Positions 26,426 to 38,888 are shown, counted from the stretch's first letter. The stretch is DNA of 64,000 nt from Neophaeotheca triangularis (GCA_054600435.1 BAAIJX010000001.1:1116001-1180000); one strand, 5' to 3'. The notes: generated from the sequence alone by a model not told the origin. Numbers and translations are program-made.

Positions 26426-28074
26426 AACGAGTATGTAAGATCTCTGGAGGACACATGAAGCGTGCTCAGCTCGAAGCCCCCACGAGCTGCGACGTGGTTA
26501 CAAGCTGCGCAGGTGTCCATTCAGAAGCGAAGACATTGTCTGAGCCCGTACTCACGAGCTGCTTACTAGACTGCACATGGACACCGCCATCTGTCTAGCT
26601 ACCAGTACGAAGCCATCGAAAGGACGGGGCCAGAGTTACAACGCAGGCTTCGTAATCACCTCAGCCCAGAAGACAATTTCGTAGTCTGCAAAGTTATGTA
26701 CCACGAAACAATCCTAATGTAGCGCTAGTATGAGATAAACCTATTGCCATTTCGGTCACACGCTATTTCACCATCCTGATTTCCAACTATCAAGCGATAC
26801 TAACATACAGAGCACCCGCGGGGTTTGGACCTTATACGTTTTACCTCGCAAGCATATACGCAAGTCAGCCGACGACACCGCCCGACCTCCAGCCAAACCC
26901 ATCATCCCATCCTAATCGCGAGTCCCGAGTCGGCGGTGTCTGACCGTATACATCGCTCTTTCTCGATCATGTGGCAAGAATTGACAAACACCATACCCTC
27001 CCCAGACTCCACAAGACTCATGGCACCGTTCATTCGACGAAGTCCTATGTATGCGAATGCGAGAAATGCACTAGCATTGGGCGTTCGTGCGATTAAAAAC
27101 GGCAGCCTGCTGCCTGCAGCGGTGTGCAGCCCCGGTCGGGCACAGTCGGGTTTTAGGGGTGAAAGATTCAGAATATCGACCGGAGGCGTCGAAAGCTCCG
27201 GTGCCGATTGCTTGAGTCATCTTGGTTGATTGATGGCTTGCTTGCTTACTTGCTTGATGCCATACCTAGGTAGGCTAGGCGCGCCCTTTACCTTTACTTG
27301 TACTCGGTGGATTGGAACGAGCGATTCTGTAGCTTATTGGTTAGGATTAACAAGACTCGGGATGACTGGGAGGGTGATTCCATTGTCATTTGTAGTTTCA
27401 GGTCGGAGATTCGAACGAAAGTGGGGTCGAATGCTCTTTGCAGCTAGTACGATGGCTACTTGTTCACTGAATTGATCGCTCGCCTCGCCTCTATTGATCC
27501 AAAAGAAAAGTTCCCACGTCATATCCAATTATTGAGAAAGAGAAAGAGAGAGAGGTGCAGGTGTGGTTCAGATTGAATTCACTTCCCCGTGGTAGGACCC
27601 ACTATTCGACGACGGGAGGCGGGTTTAGCGGAGATTGCAGGGCATGTATGGCGCTGTATGTACAACAAGTCATTTGGCTCTCGACCGGGATGGACTCGCC
27701 GTACGCTGTCGCTACGAGTTTACCCGCCCAGGCAGCGACATACCTAGGTAGGTATGTAGCAGTGACAATGGTTTGCAGTCATGATGGCGGCCGGTCGGAC
27801 GTGCAAGGGCTCTTCCGCCCGTTGGTAAACTCCGTTTCCGTTTGGGTTGGTGCTGTTTGCCATGGACTGATACAATGATCCAACGCCTTACATGACGGGG
27901 TGCTACAAAAGCTCTCACCGTCGCTTTATTGACTTGATGAACTCATACTTTGAGTCGACACCTCACTTTCTTCATCACCTCTAGCTTGATTGAACTACGC
28001 CATATCCTGCACTTTGCGGCGTGTCGGTCTCCGTCGACTTCACATCAGTAGAAATTCGCCGCGACCAGCTTACC

Positions 28075-29900
28075 ATGGTCACAATGAAGGAGCTCTTCGG
28101 AAGGAAGCCGTCGCCCCAGAGCGTCCCGGCTGAGACCTCGTCGAACAACGATACCACTATGCCTAGTACACCAAGGAGCCAGTCGGAGAAGGCCAAGCCC
28201 ACCGAGGCTACGGCTGAACGACGCAGCGGATCCCAAGACGCAGAACCAACATCCGACCTCGAGAAACCCCTTCCAAAAACCATGGACGATGAGGAAGAGG
28301 AAGACACTACCGAATACCCCAAGAAACTACAGCTCGCGCTCATCACCACAGCGCTCTGTCTATCCATCTTCCTCGTCGCGACCGACAACACCATCATCGC
28401 AACTGCCATCCCCAGGATCACTGACGAGTTTCAAGCCATCAACGACGTCGGCTGGTATGGTTCGTCATATCTACTCACTACCGCTGCCTTTCAGCTGTTC
28501 TTCGGCAAGCTGTACACGTTCTTTCCAATCAAGGTATGTTATATCATTGATACTTACTCCCGGGAGCCCTTACTGACTGCAACGCTTGACAGATCGTATA
28601 CATGACCGCCATTGTCATCTTCGAGATAGGGTCAGCAGTCTGCGGCGCCGCGCCAAACTCTACAGCCCTGATCATCGGTCGCGCTGTCGCGGGACTAGGG
28701 AGCGCAGGCATTTTCAGCGGAGCCATCCTCATCATTGCGAACACGGTTCCTCTTCGCCAAAGACCCATGTACACTGGACTGGTCGGCGCCATGTACGGCA
28801 TTGCTTCCGTAGCGGGACCCCTCATGGGCGGAGCCTTCACTGATCACGTCTCCTGGCGTTGGTGTTTCTACATCAACCTCCCCATCGGAGCCGTCACCCT
28901 GGTCTTCATCTTCTTCTTCTACCATTCCAAGACACGCGCGCAGACGCTCAACGAGGGATGGAAGGCCAGGTTGCAGCAGTTTGATCTCTACGGCATGACG
29001 GTCTTCCTGCCAATGGTGGTGTGTCTGTTGCTCGCACTGCAATGGGGCGGCAGCAAGTATGCGTGGAATAGCGCCAGGATCATCGCCCTGCTCGTCGTCT
29101 TCGGCGTGTTGGCAATAGTCTTCGTCGGCATCCAGATCTGGAAGCAAGACAACGCTACGGTGCCCCCTCGCGTGCTTAAACAACGCACCGTAGCCGCGTC
29201 GGCTTGGTTCGGCGCCAGTGTCGGCGGCGCCTTCTTCATCATGGTCTATTACCTTCCCATCTGGTTCCAAGCCATCAAAGGCGTCTCAGCGACCAAATCC
29301 GGCATCATGAACCTCCCCATGGTGCTAGCGTTGGTCATCAGCTCGTTGTTCGCCGGCGGCATCATCACCAAGGTCGGCTACTACACGCCCTTCGTCTACG
29401 CTTGCACCGTCTTCGCCTCCATCGGAGCAGGTCTGCTTTCCACCTTCACGATCTCAACCGGCTCGGCGGCCTGGATCGGCTACCAGATCATCTTCGGCGT
29501 AGGTATAGGTTTCGGCATGCAACAGACTCTCATCGCCGTGCAAACCGTGCTCCCCAAACGCGACATTCCCACAGGCACAGCCTTGATGATGTTCTCGCAG
29601 ACTCTCGGCGGCGCCATCTTCATCTCCGTCGGCCAAAACGTTTTCAGCAACCGATTGCTCACGAACTTGCAAGCCGTGGTGCCGGATTTGAACCCTGCGC
29701 TGGTACTCCAAACTGGGGCGACGAGTCTGAAGGATCTGATTGAGCCGAGGTTCTTGCCAGGAGTGCAGTCGGCTTACAATGATAGTATTGTGGCGACTTT
29801 CTATGTTAGTGTTGCTATGGCTTGTTTGACCGGGATCGGGGCGGCGTTCTTCGAGTGGAAGAGTGTCAAGGGAAAGGGGGTTGAGATGGCGCCTGCGTAG
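28075..29900 (+). CDS. MFS drug:H+ antiporter, DHA2 (14-TMS) efflux family
   Basis: [59 protein letters not shown]. Intron 28534-28592. Confidence 0.93.
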
Positions 29901-30373
29901 GTTGGTTGGCGAGCGTGGCGGGAAGATTGCATTTGAGCCCCTTTTATTCGTCTCATGGCTGCGAAGGCTTCCGATTGGGAGCCCGCTGTCGTACTAGAGA
30001 CGAATACAGAGATAGACTACTGTAATGATCTCCTCTTTTATGTCTTCTGGGAAAACTTATGTTTGCGGTAAGAAGACATGGTAGAAAGGCGGGTAACAGG
30101 CGCGATGCAGCAGGTGAAGTCGAGCCGGATCGGATCGCTGCTGCCTTAGGCGGCAATTGGCGACATGGCACGTGCGAGAGTCGGTCCAACGAGATCGCAC
30201 CTCTCCCCCCCGCGACGACCAGCAACAAACACCTGCCCTTCCTCTCATACTCCACCAGGCATAAACCCAACCCCAACTCCTCCTCCTCACTACGTACTCC
30301 ACGTGCAATTCCTCGATCTTCGACGGCCTCTTCTTTACCCAAACAACCACTCACCAAAAACACCATCACCACC

Positions 30374-31796
30374 ATGGCCAACGAGGTAGGTTCCGTCGCC
30401 CTTCTTCCCTCCCCCTTCACCGCCCACCCCTCCACGCTGGCTTGCGCAATAGGGCGGCTGGCGCAAGCCTGAAGCTCAACAAAACTTCACCTCCCCCACG
30501 CATATACACACATTAAGCTACGTTCGCGAAAACACATGCTAACATGGCTTCCTGCTGTAGCGCGAGAGGTACGGCAAAATACGCCTGACGCCTGAGTTTG
30601 TCTCACGCCAAGGACTCTTCGATACTAACAAACCCGCCAACAGCAAGACTTTCCTTGCGCGACTGTGCGAGCAGGCTGAGCGCTACGATGGTACGTTGTT
30701 GAAGTGCGAGAGACATTCGCAAGACTAGAACACTTTGCTGACCCTATTGCTACAGAGATGGTTACCTACATGAAGGTGAGAGCTTGCGGGAGACGGTCAA
30801 ATCAAGGTTGAGTTGACACTTTACTAACACGTGCAACAGGAAGTCGCAAAGGTACGCCAATCGATTGCGATAAGAGCTACGAGCTCCAAGTTGCTCCTGG
30901 AAACCACCGGTATACTAACTCATTAACCCTCTAGATTGGCGGCGAGCTCACAGTCGACGAGCGCAACCTTCTCTCCGTCGCCTACAAGAACGTCGTCGGT
31001 ACTCGCCGTGCCTCGTGGCGCATCATCTCCAGCATTGAGCAGAAAGAGGAGGCCAAGGGCGCCGACAAGCACACCGGTATCATCCGCGACTATCGCCAGC
31101 AGATTGAGGGCGAGCTTGAGGGTGTCTGCAAGGATGTTCTCAACGTCCTCGACGAGAGCCTCATCCCCAAGGCTGAGACTGGCGAGAGCAAGGTCTTCTA
31201 CCACAAGATGTGAGTGCATAGTGGAAGGTGAATGGTGAAGCAGTTTGATTGCGTACTGACGGGTTGCTTACAGGAAGGGTGACTACCACCGCTACCTCGC
31301 CGAGTTCGCCTCGGGTGAGAAGCGCAAGGGTGCTGCCACTGCTGCTCACGATGCGTATAAGGTATGTTCGAATCTCAACTTGAAATACATCAGACATGTG
31401 CTAACTGCTCTCTTCTAGAACGCCACGGACGTTGCCCAAACCGAACTCACCCCCACCCACCCCATCCGCCTCGGCTTGGCCCTCAACTTTTCCGTCTTCT
31501 ACTACGAGATCCTCAACTCGCCCGACCGTGCCTGCCACCTTGCCAAGCAAGCCTTCGACGACGCCATTGCCGAGCTCGACAGCTTGTCCGAGGAGTCTTA
31601 CCGCGACAGCACCCTCATCATGCAATTGCTCCGCGACAACCTCACCCTCTGGACCTCCTCAGACGGCGCCGATCCCGAGGCCGCTGGCGGCGAAGCCAAG
31701 CAGGAAGGTGCGGAGAAGGCATCGGAGGCCCCAGCCGCGACTGAGAAGGCCGCGGCATCCGCCGAGCCCGAGGCAACTCCCCAGGCCACGTCTTAG
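30374..31796 (+). CDS. 14-3-3 protein
   Basis: Eight exons (30374-30385, 30561-30568, 30644-30690, 30756-30775, 30840-30851, 30935-31209, 31274-31361, 31419-31796) give [66 protein letters not shown]. Confidence 0.97.
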
Positions 31797-33641
31797 AGAA
31801 CCCTGCTGACGCGATCAACCCCCAACAAACAGAGACCGCAGCAGGCTCGCGTTCACCAAAACTCGAACCACTCGACTACCACTCTTAGGCGTCTTTTCCT
31901 TTTCCCTATTGGTCCCTCGACCCGGCCGAAGAGAAGATCGAAAAGAAGCAATGAGCGTGACTAGGACGGAGGGAACGACCACGGATAACGATTCACCAGC
32001 ATGGCGGTATTTCTTCACGGAGCAGTAGCGAGCAAAACAACACAAGAGGAGAGCAAGTGGAAGTGGGAAAAGAGGATGATGGAACGGGGAGTCTTTTTTC
32101 TGAGCGAACTTTCTTCTCATTACGGGAGCATGACAATATGCACGATCGAGGCGAGCGGGAGAGATGAGAGCGTAATGCATGCTTCTTGACTGCAGGGCCG
32201 ACTTTGGGCCTTCAGCCGCGAGGCAATGTAATACCCCCTTACTTTTCCCCCGAGAACTCTACTTGAGAATGCCAAGCTTTTGTTATTTGTTCTGTCCCCC
32301 TTTTTCTTTGGTCCTGCGTTCCGGCGTGAGAGCGTGTAACGAGCTTTTGTTTGTTGCTTTGCGGCCTAATCGGCTTGCGAGTTTCTTTTCTGCCCTCTTA
32401 CTCCATCTACCTGTTAGGTTTTGTCTGCTTGCCGCCGCCACCGCTGCTCGCTGGCTGGCTGAATTGAGAGCGGAGCAGCGACGGGCTGTCGAGCTGGGTG
32501 CGCTACTCACAGTCTGCTCTGCCACAGTCGCTATATAGCCTAGCTAACCGTCCGCGGTACATCACGGTCTTTACCTCCCATCTTGCCAATCTACTCTGAA
32601 TGACTACCCACCTACCTTGCTGCTCGGTGCTGGCTGCTTGCATGGCTTGCTACTGGTACTAGATACAGACGGTGCAATATAGCACAGCACACCTACGGTA
32701 CATAGTATTGACGCGGCTAAGCGTGGGGGATTGGTCAGGCCCATTGGGGGTAGGACGGCGGAGATTTGTGGTTTTTCGTTCCTGATGCGGGTGGTTTATT
32801 GACGATTGCGCTTTGAGGTTTTTGTGGTAAACTCAGACGTCGGATGTGTTCATGGGGATCTGATGTGCGATACAGTCTGTCGTGCGGATTTTCAATCCAA
32901 GTTGCTGGTCGTACTGGCAGTGGTAGGGAGATGGTGAGGACTGGGATGATCATTGCGGGTTTTGAAAACAGTCGAGGTCTTTCAAGAAGAGGTTTGAATT
33001 TCGAGATGTTGAGATCCTGACTGTTCTCTCTCTCTCCACCACATTACCCAAATAGCCTTGCATAATAGAGCGAATCTTTTTTGAGGGCGACAATACTAAA
33101 CCCCGTTCCCCGGAGTCTGCAGTAATCTTGTTGCTCGTTGTACTATCGCGCTTTCGTATTGTTCTTGTCGGCTGCTTTCGTTGTTTTTAAAGCCGCAGCC
33201 CCACTTCACATCGTCGTTGTCTCTCTCTGGCTATCGTCCCCGCCAGACTTGCAACAAAACAGATGGACGCTTCTGCGATACTTCTTTCTGCTGCGAGACA
33301 TCTTTTTGCATAGTGAGGATAAGATTGGAGACATCTCTGATTGGAAGTTGTACGGAACGGGCAGAGACGCTCTGACGGAACGAGACGTTGGAGATCTGAA
33401 GTACCTCGACCGGCAAGGAACAGGGCGATTTTGAATAGAGTGCTTCTCATAGCACATCACCCGCTCACGAGGAACGCTTTCAAAGAGGCCGCATAGCCCG
33501 TCTCCCATATTAATCGACCTACGAAGGCGCCGACAAAAACACCCAATACCCAAGACATCCCCACCGCCTGGTCTCACAAGACTCAACCCAGGGTCCCCCA
33601 ACCAACCAATCCACCCAACTCCCCGAAAGCAGGGCAACAAG

Positions 33642-34898
33642 ATGTCCAAATACTCCACCTCCCCGCTCTACGCCGACCTGAACCCCCTCCCCCTCGACCC
33701 CGGCGGCCCCTCCCCGATAGCAGCCATAGCTTACAGCGCCGACTATGCCGAAGCCATGGCCTACCTGCGCGCGCTCATGGCGGCCGACGAGAAGAGCGAG
33801 CGCGCTCTCGAAGTCACTGAGGATCTTGTTGAGATGAATCCCGCTCATTACACGGTGTGGCTTTATCGTATGGGGGTCTTGCGGGCTTTGGCGACAGAGG
33901 GGGTTTGGGGGGGAAGGGTTGTTGGGGAGGAGGAGGAGGAGGAGGAGGGAGACGAGGGAGAGGGCGCTGGAGATGAGGCGCGGGAGGAGACTAGGACGCT
34001 GTTTGAGCAGGAGCTGGACTGGTTGAACGATATCGCGCAGAGGAATCAGAAGAACTATCAGATTTGGCAGCATAGACAGGGTGTAGTGCTGGGTCTTGCG
34101 GCCGCTGCGGCGGGGGATGCCAGACTCTCCGCTGAAGAGGCTGCGGCTTTTGCTGAGAAGGAAAAGGGGCGGAATAGCAAGCTCCAAGCGCTGATACGCA
34201 AAGAGCAGGCCTTTATCGAGCGCATGTTCGAACTGGACGCCAAGAACTACCACGTCTGGAGCTATCGGCAATGGCTGGTACGGGGATTCGGGCTCTGGCC
34301 CGCCGTTCCCTCCGACAGCGACGGTAAAGTAGAAGACGACGGCGAGACGACGACGACGACGACGGATTTCGACGAGCTCGCTTTCACGGAGCGCATGCTT
34401 CGCGCCGACGTCCGCAACAATTCCGCCTGGTGCCATCGCTGGTTCATCCTCAACGCCTCGCCCTCGTCGGGGTCGGTGAATTTCCAAACCTCCCCCTCCC
34501 TTCGCGGTTCCGAAATGCAATACGTCCAAGCCGCCATCCGCCGCGCCCCGCAGAACCAGAGCGCTTGGAACTACTTGCGCGGTCTGGTGCGTGAGGCTGG
34601 CATTCTCTCGCCCAACAACGCCACCGTAGAGGCAGCGGCTGAGAGACAAGAATTAAGGGCTTTCATCGAGGAATTTGCGGGTCTGGGAGAGAGCGATGGG
34701 GTGGTTTCGAGTTTTGCTCTGGATTTGGGCGCGGAGGTTTGGGGTTTTGATGAGGGGGACAAGGGAGCGGAGGGCGAGGCGAGGACTAAGGCGCTCAAGG
34801 CTTTGGAGTTGTTGGAGACGACGTATGATCCGCTTAGGGCGCGGTATTGGGGTTGGAGGAGGGGGGTTCTTATGGGGAGGGAAGGGGTGGTTGTCTGA
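33642..34898 (+). CDS. RAM2: Protein farnesyltransferase/geranylgeranyltransferase type-1 alpha subunit
   Basis: PPTA repeats NPAHYTVWLYR, KNYQIWQHR, KNYHVWSYR, RNNSAWCHR, PQNQSAWNYLRG, and C-terminal DPLRARYW. Confidence 0.92.
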   Translation: MSKYSTSPLYADLNPLPLDPGGPSPIAAIAYSADYAEAMAYLRALMAADEKSERALEVTEDLVEMNPAHYTVWLYRMGVLRALATEGVWGGRVVGEEEEEEEGDEGEGAGDEAREETRTLFEQELDWLNDIAQRNQKNYQIWQHRQGVVLGLAAAAAGDARLSAEEAAAFAEKEKGRNSKLQALIRKEQAFIERMFELDAKNYHVWSYRQWLVRGFGLWPAVPSDSDGKVEDDGETTTTTTDFDELAFTERMLRADVRNNSAWCHRWFILNASPSSGSVNFQTSPSLRGSEMQYVQAAIRRAPQNQSAWNYLRGLVREAGILSPNNATVEAAAERQELRAFIEEFAGLGESDGVVSSFALDLGAEVWGFDEGDKGAEGEARTKALKALELLETTYDPLRARYWGWRRGVLMGREGVVV

Positions 34899-36345
34899 GT
34901 TTTCTTTTTCTTGGTGGCATGTGGGTTGGGTCGTTGGTGGGTTGCAGGGGGGCTATCTAGGAAGGAAGGGGGATGGGATGGGTTGGGTTGGGTTGGGTTG
35001 AGAGGTGAATTTTTGTGATGATACCCTGGGTTTCTCGTTGACGATTGGCAGTATTATTGTTGTCCTGTGCTTCGATTTCGAGAAGTCTAGCCGAAAGCGA
35101 TTCATGCTCTACTTTTGCGTGTTCCCACGTACTACTAGTATGTATGTATCACCAGTGCCAATTGCTGCTCCTAGCTCGCTCTGTTCGCCGGACGTGGGCG
35201 CAGGGCAAACTCTGATGGAGCACATGTCCAAGCAGGTATTGTCGGTGGCATGTCGGGAGACGCGTTCGCTGGGAAGTCCCGTGAAATGGAGCGGGATCTA
35301 CACGATGAGGTAGCTAAGGTAGGTTAGGTACATGACAAGGTCGATGATATCTGTGAGATGACTGTCCAATACCTACGTCTACTTAGGTATACATAGGTGG
35401 ATCACTGGAGTTGGCCGGGTTCGGCGAAGAGTGATGGTCTTTGTTTGGGAGAAGCATTATTGCGAATCTCGCCCACTCCAAAGACGAAGTAAGACAAAGG
35501 AAACGAGGCAAGAGGAGGCGAAGAGAGCTGTGGTGGAGCAGTGGAGCATGGCAAAGTCTACTACCTAATAAGGTAAGTAAGGTAAGGTACCGTATCATCG
35601 TATATAGTTGGTCGGTCTAGAGATAAGGAGAGATAGAGGGACAATGATGAGCAAGCTCACACCACCTGTCGAGCGATTGGTCAAGAGAGGAAGGGCACGT
35701 GATGCCTTTTCCCCGCATAGCTTAATTGCTGCTCCCCAGACGGCGCTAGGCTGGTCTGGGTTGTCCGTCCCTTCCCACATCCACATCCACATCCACACCT
35801 GCATCTCTCCGGCTAGGTCTCTACCTCCCACGATATCGCTGCCCCGTGTTTCTGTCTTCTTCCAATCTTTCTTCACACTCCTGTCTGCTCTTGTCTGCTT
35901 CTATCTGCCCAACAACCATTCAGATTGTGCTTCAGAACTTGCTCGATTGCATCGGCTTGCCATTGACCCGCTAAACCCCCCGCCAATCTTCCGGTTGTCA
36001 TTCACCTTACCTTGCCTACCTAACGTAGGTCCACCACGTCATTCGACTGACGTACCTCGACATTCTGGACCAAACCTACCTACCTGCCTACCTACCTACC
36101 TACCTGCCTTAGTGTTTCATCGAGCAACCAGAGCCAAATCAGACCCTCCTCCATCAGACCTTCCTCCTTCCCTTTTCCTCCCCCACAACTTTTACTTGTC
36201 TCGACAGTCAAGCTTCTCAACTATCTCACCCTTTGATCCGACAAAAGGAACATACCACTTCTCTTCAACGGCCACAGGCCGGCTCACAGACCCAAAGTAA
36301 TCGGGCGACTACCCCATACCCTCTCTACTTCCACACCCCTCCACA

Positions 36346-37374
36346 ATGGCCGAAGAACCCACCAACACCACCCCGCAACCCCCTGCAGCAGGCCGACGCC
36401 GCTCCTCTTTCGCTGGGCAGACCTTTGCCGACCTCTTCGCCAACAGCAACCGCCAACAACAGCCGCGTCCTTCCGAAGCCCCACCTCAATCACCCCCAAC
36501 CCAAGGTCCCATTGCAGCAGCCGCCCAGCAAGCCAACCAACGCCGCCTATCCGTCACAACACTCGGCCTATCCGGATCCCCGAATCAAACCTCCCCTTTC
36601 GGCTCCTTCCGCGGAGGCCGCCGTGAAAGCATCAGTTCCGCCAACAGCGGCAGCGTCGACGAGTCCGCCATAGCCGAAGACGATGTCAGTGGGCAGAAAG
36701 ATAGCAACCCAACCACACCGTTCGGTAGGAGGATGAGCTTTGGGGCCAAAGCTCTGAGGGACGTTCGTGGGGGCACGAATAACGCTGGCTCAAATGGTAG
36801 ATCCCCACCCGTCACTGGCAGCGGTAATGCTACTGCTGCTGCTCCCCCTTATTTCAGTCACAAGGGCAGAACTCCATCATACAACGGGACAATCTCTTCC
36901 CGAGATGTCAAGGGTCGAGGTTTGTCGCGATTCCCCCCATCCCACCCAATCTCATCGTCTTTCAGTACCATCCCTCCACAGCATCCCTCGGACCCACACT
37001 TCCACTCTCTCAACTCGACGCCGACACAGAAGCTAACCACCCTACCCAATACAGGCTCCATCCCAGCCACCACCCCTGGCGGCACAGCAACCAGCAACAA
37101 CACCAACAGTGAAGGTTTTAACTGGTCCGAGAACTTCCGCACGCGCGCCGAGCGCTCTTCCATCAGCGGGGGCAGCATCGCCATGAACCCGCAACAGTCG
37201 CAAGCTTACAGTAACCATACTCGTGCCAAGAGCGTCGCCAACAGTTCCATGGAACCGCCCAAGGAAATGCCTAGAGAACCGCCACAGCAGTCAGATAAGG
37301 CGAAGCCTATGTTGCAGCAGCGGCCTGATCATTTTCAGGAAAGGATTTTGAAGGGGGACTTTTATATGGATTAG
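36346..37374 (+). CDS. Fungal disordered protein of unknown function with RRxS motifs and C-terminal ERILKGDFYMD
   Basis: Good ATG context (CACAATGG), motifs RRRSS, RRLS, RRES, RRMSFG, FNWSENFRTRA and an ordered C-terminus. Probable intron 36920-37054 (GTTTGT..GCTAAC..CAG). Confidence 0.8.
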   Translation: MAEEPTNTTPQPPAAGRRRSSFAGQTFADLFANSNRQQQPRPSEAPPQSPPTQGPIAAAAQQANQRRLSVTTLGLSGSPNQTSPFGSFRGGRRESISSANSGSVDESAIAEDDVSGQKDSNPTTPFGRRMSFGAKALRDVRGGTNNAGSNGRSPPVTGSGNATAAAPPYFSHKGRTPSYNGTISSRDVKGRGLSRFPPSHPISSSFSTIPPQHPSDPHFHSLNSTPTQKLTTLPNTGSIPATTPGGTATSNNTNSEGFNWSENFRTRAERSSISGGSIAMNPQQSQAYSNHTRAKSVANSSMEPPKEMPREPPQQSDKAKPMLQQRPDHFQERILKGDFYMD

Positions 37375-37808
37375 ATTTGGGGTTGTTGTGCTGGGGTGTT
37401 TGAGATGGCGTCGACTGGCAAGCATCTCATCCGGCTGCTTGCTACTCGGAGGGTACGTGGAAAGGGTGTGTTTCCCGGTGGTGTGGCATCTGCACAGTCA
37501 CGATCATGAGGAGTTCTCAAGTTGGGTGATTTTGCACGAACCAAGGCGTTTTTGGGGTTTGGGGTTTTTGCTCGAGTTGTCATTATGAGCTAAGCAATGG
37601 CGCTGGGCTGCTTTTCGGCAATTAGTGGCAGAGGGACTGGAGGCAATGGCGGTTTCCGTGCTTTTCTACATTAAAACAACGCTCGTTCGCTTCCCCTTTG
37701 CTCCCTTCTTTACGCTTTCGGGTGGGCTTTATGGCGGTTCGAGCCAGACGGAAGACGAGACCCTGGTTCCTCTTTGACGAATTTGACGAAATGATGAGAT
37801 GGAGGGGG

Positions 37809-37885
37809 TGGATGGATGGATGGATGGATGGATGGATGAGTGGGTGTATGGATGGATGGATGGGTGGATGGATGGGTGGATGGAT
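37809..37885. repeat. (GGAT)n microsatellite
   Basis: Imperfect tandem GGAT units. Confidence 0.9.
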
Positions 37886-38550
37886 GCGGGCATGGGAGGG
37901 TGGAAGAACGACTTCTACACTGCCACCCCTCGAAGTCATTGCCATACGAGCTTCAAATTTTAGTAGGCAAGAGAATGGTAAGATTTGATATCAGCAGAAA
38001 TGGAAAGCGAAACTGCGCAGATGTCGAAAAAAGAAAAAAAGAAACTCCCAAATGGTTGTTGCTGCTGCTGTTGCTTCTTCGGCTTCTTCTGCCACTACTA
38101 AAAGCAACGGAGGTAGCTAGGTAGGTAGCCCCTGCCCCTTTAATCCTTCCGCCACAACCTGTCTTTAGATCTTGCCTTTTTCTATCGACCTCCCCCCTCA
38201 GCGCTCGCAACTCCGGAGAGCCACCACGCAGACGATGAGAAAGTACTGTACGCCATTTCCGTCTCGCCTTCGCGACTATGCGTAGGTATAGTAGCGTAGC
38301 GTAGCGTCGCGTAGCGTAACGTAACATAGGCATCCAAGCCTAAACGATCAAACAAAAATTACCCCCAAGGTACACACGGCCATCGACGAGACGGAAACAA
38401 GACCCGATATCCCAGCGAGCTAGGTAGAAAGGTAGGTACGGCCGTACAGTACAGTACAGTACCCAGCCATAGTAGTGTAGCGTACACACACAACCACGTA
38501 CTCCGTCCCCGAAGCTCCCGCTAGCCTGGCTGGATCCTCACGTGTACATA

Positions 38551-38551
<1 letters not shown>

Positions 38552-38588
<37 letters not shown>
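38552..38588. repeat. (ACTT)n microsatellite
   Basis: About 9 tandem units. Confidence 0.9.
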
Positions 38589-38590
<2 letters not shown>

Positions 38591-38794
38591 TAACTTACAT
38601 ACATAACTTACATGCTAGCGCTGCGGCGCGGTGCTGGAACGAGACGGGATGATATCGACGGTCGGGTTTCAGGGACTATTAGAGGTTGGGCTGGGGGCTC
38701 GTGGTTGGCTGGCGGCTGGCGTTTGAGGCCCGGGCGAGCGCCGGTTGCTGGGGTTGCGTCGCTGCGCGTCTGTTGGTGTGGGTTGGGTTGCGCT

Positions 38795-38801
38795 TGCTTG
38801 C

Positions 38802-38888
<87 letters not shown>

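Noticed and set aside
28075..29900. MFS pump plus hydrolase as part of a secondary-metabolite cluster
   Set aside because: No PKS, NRPS, terpene synthase, tailoring enzymes or cluster regulator lie nearby, and the neighbours are housekeeping genes.
35608..36300. 230-aa ORF upstream of the RRxS protein
   Set aside because: It has a non-ATG start, is low complexity with (CCTA)n, and most likely represents promoter and 5' UTR.
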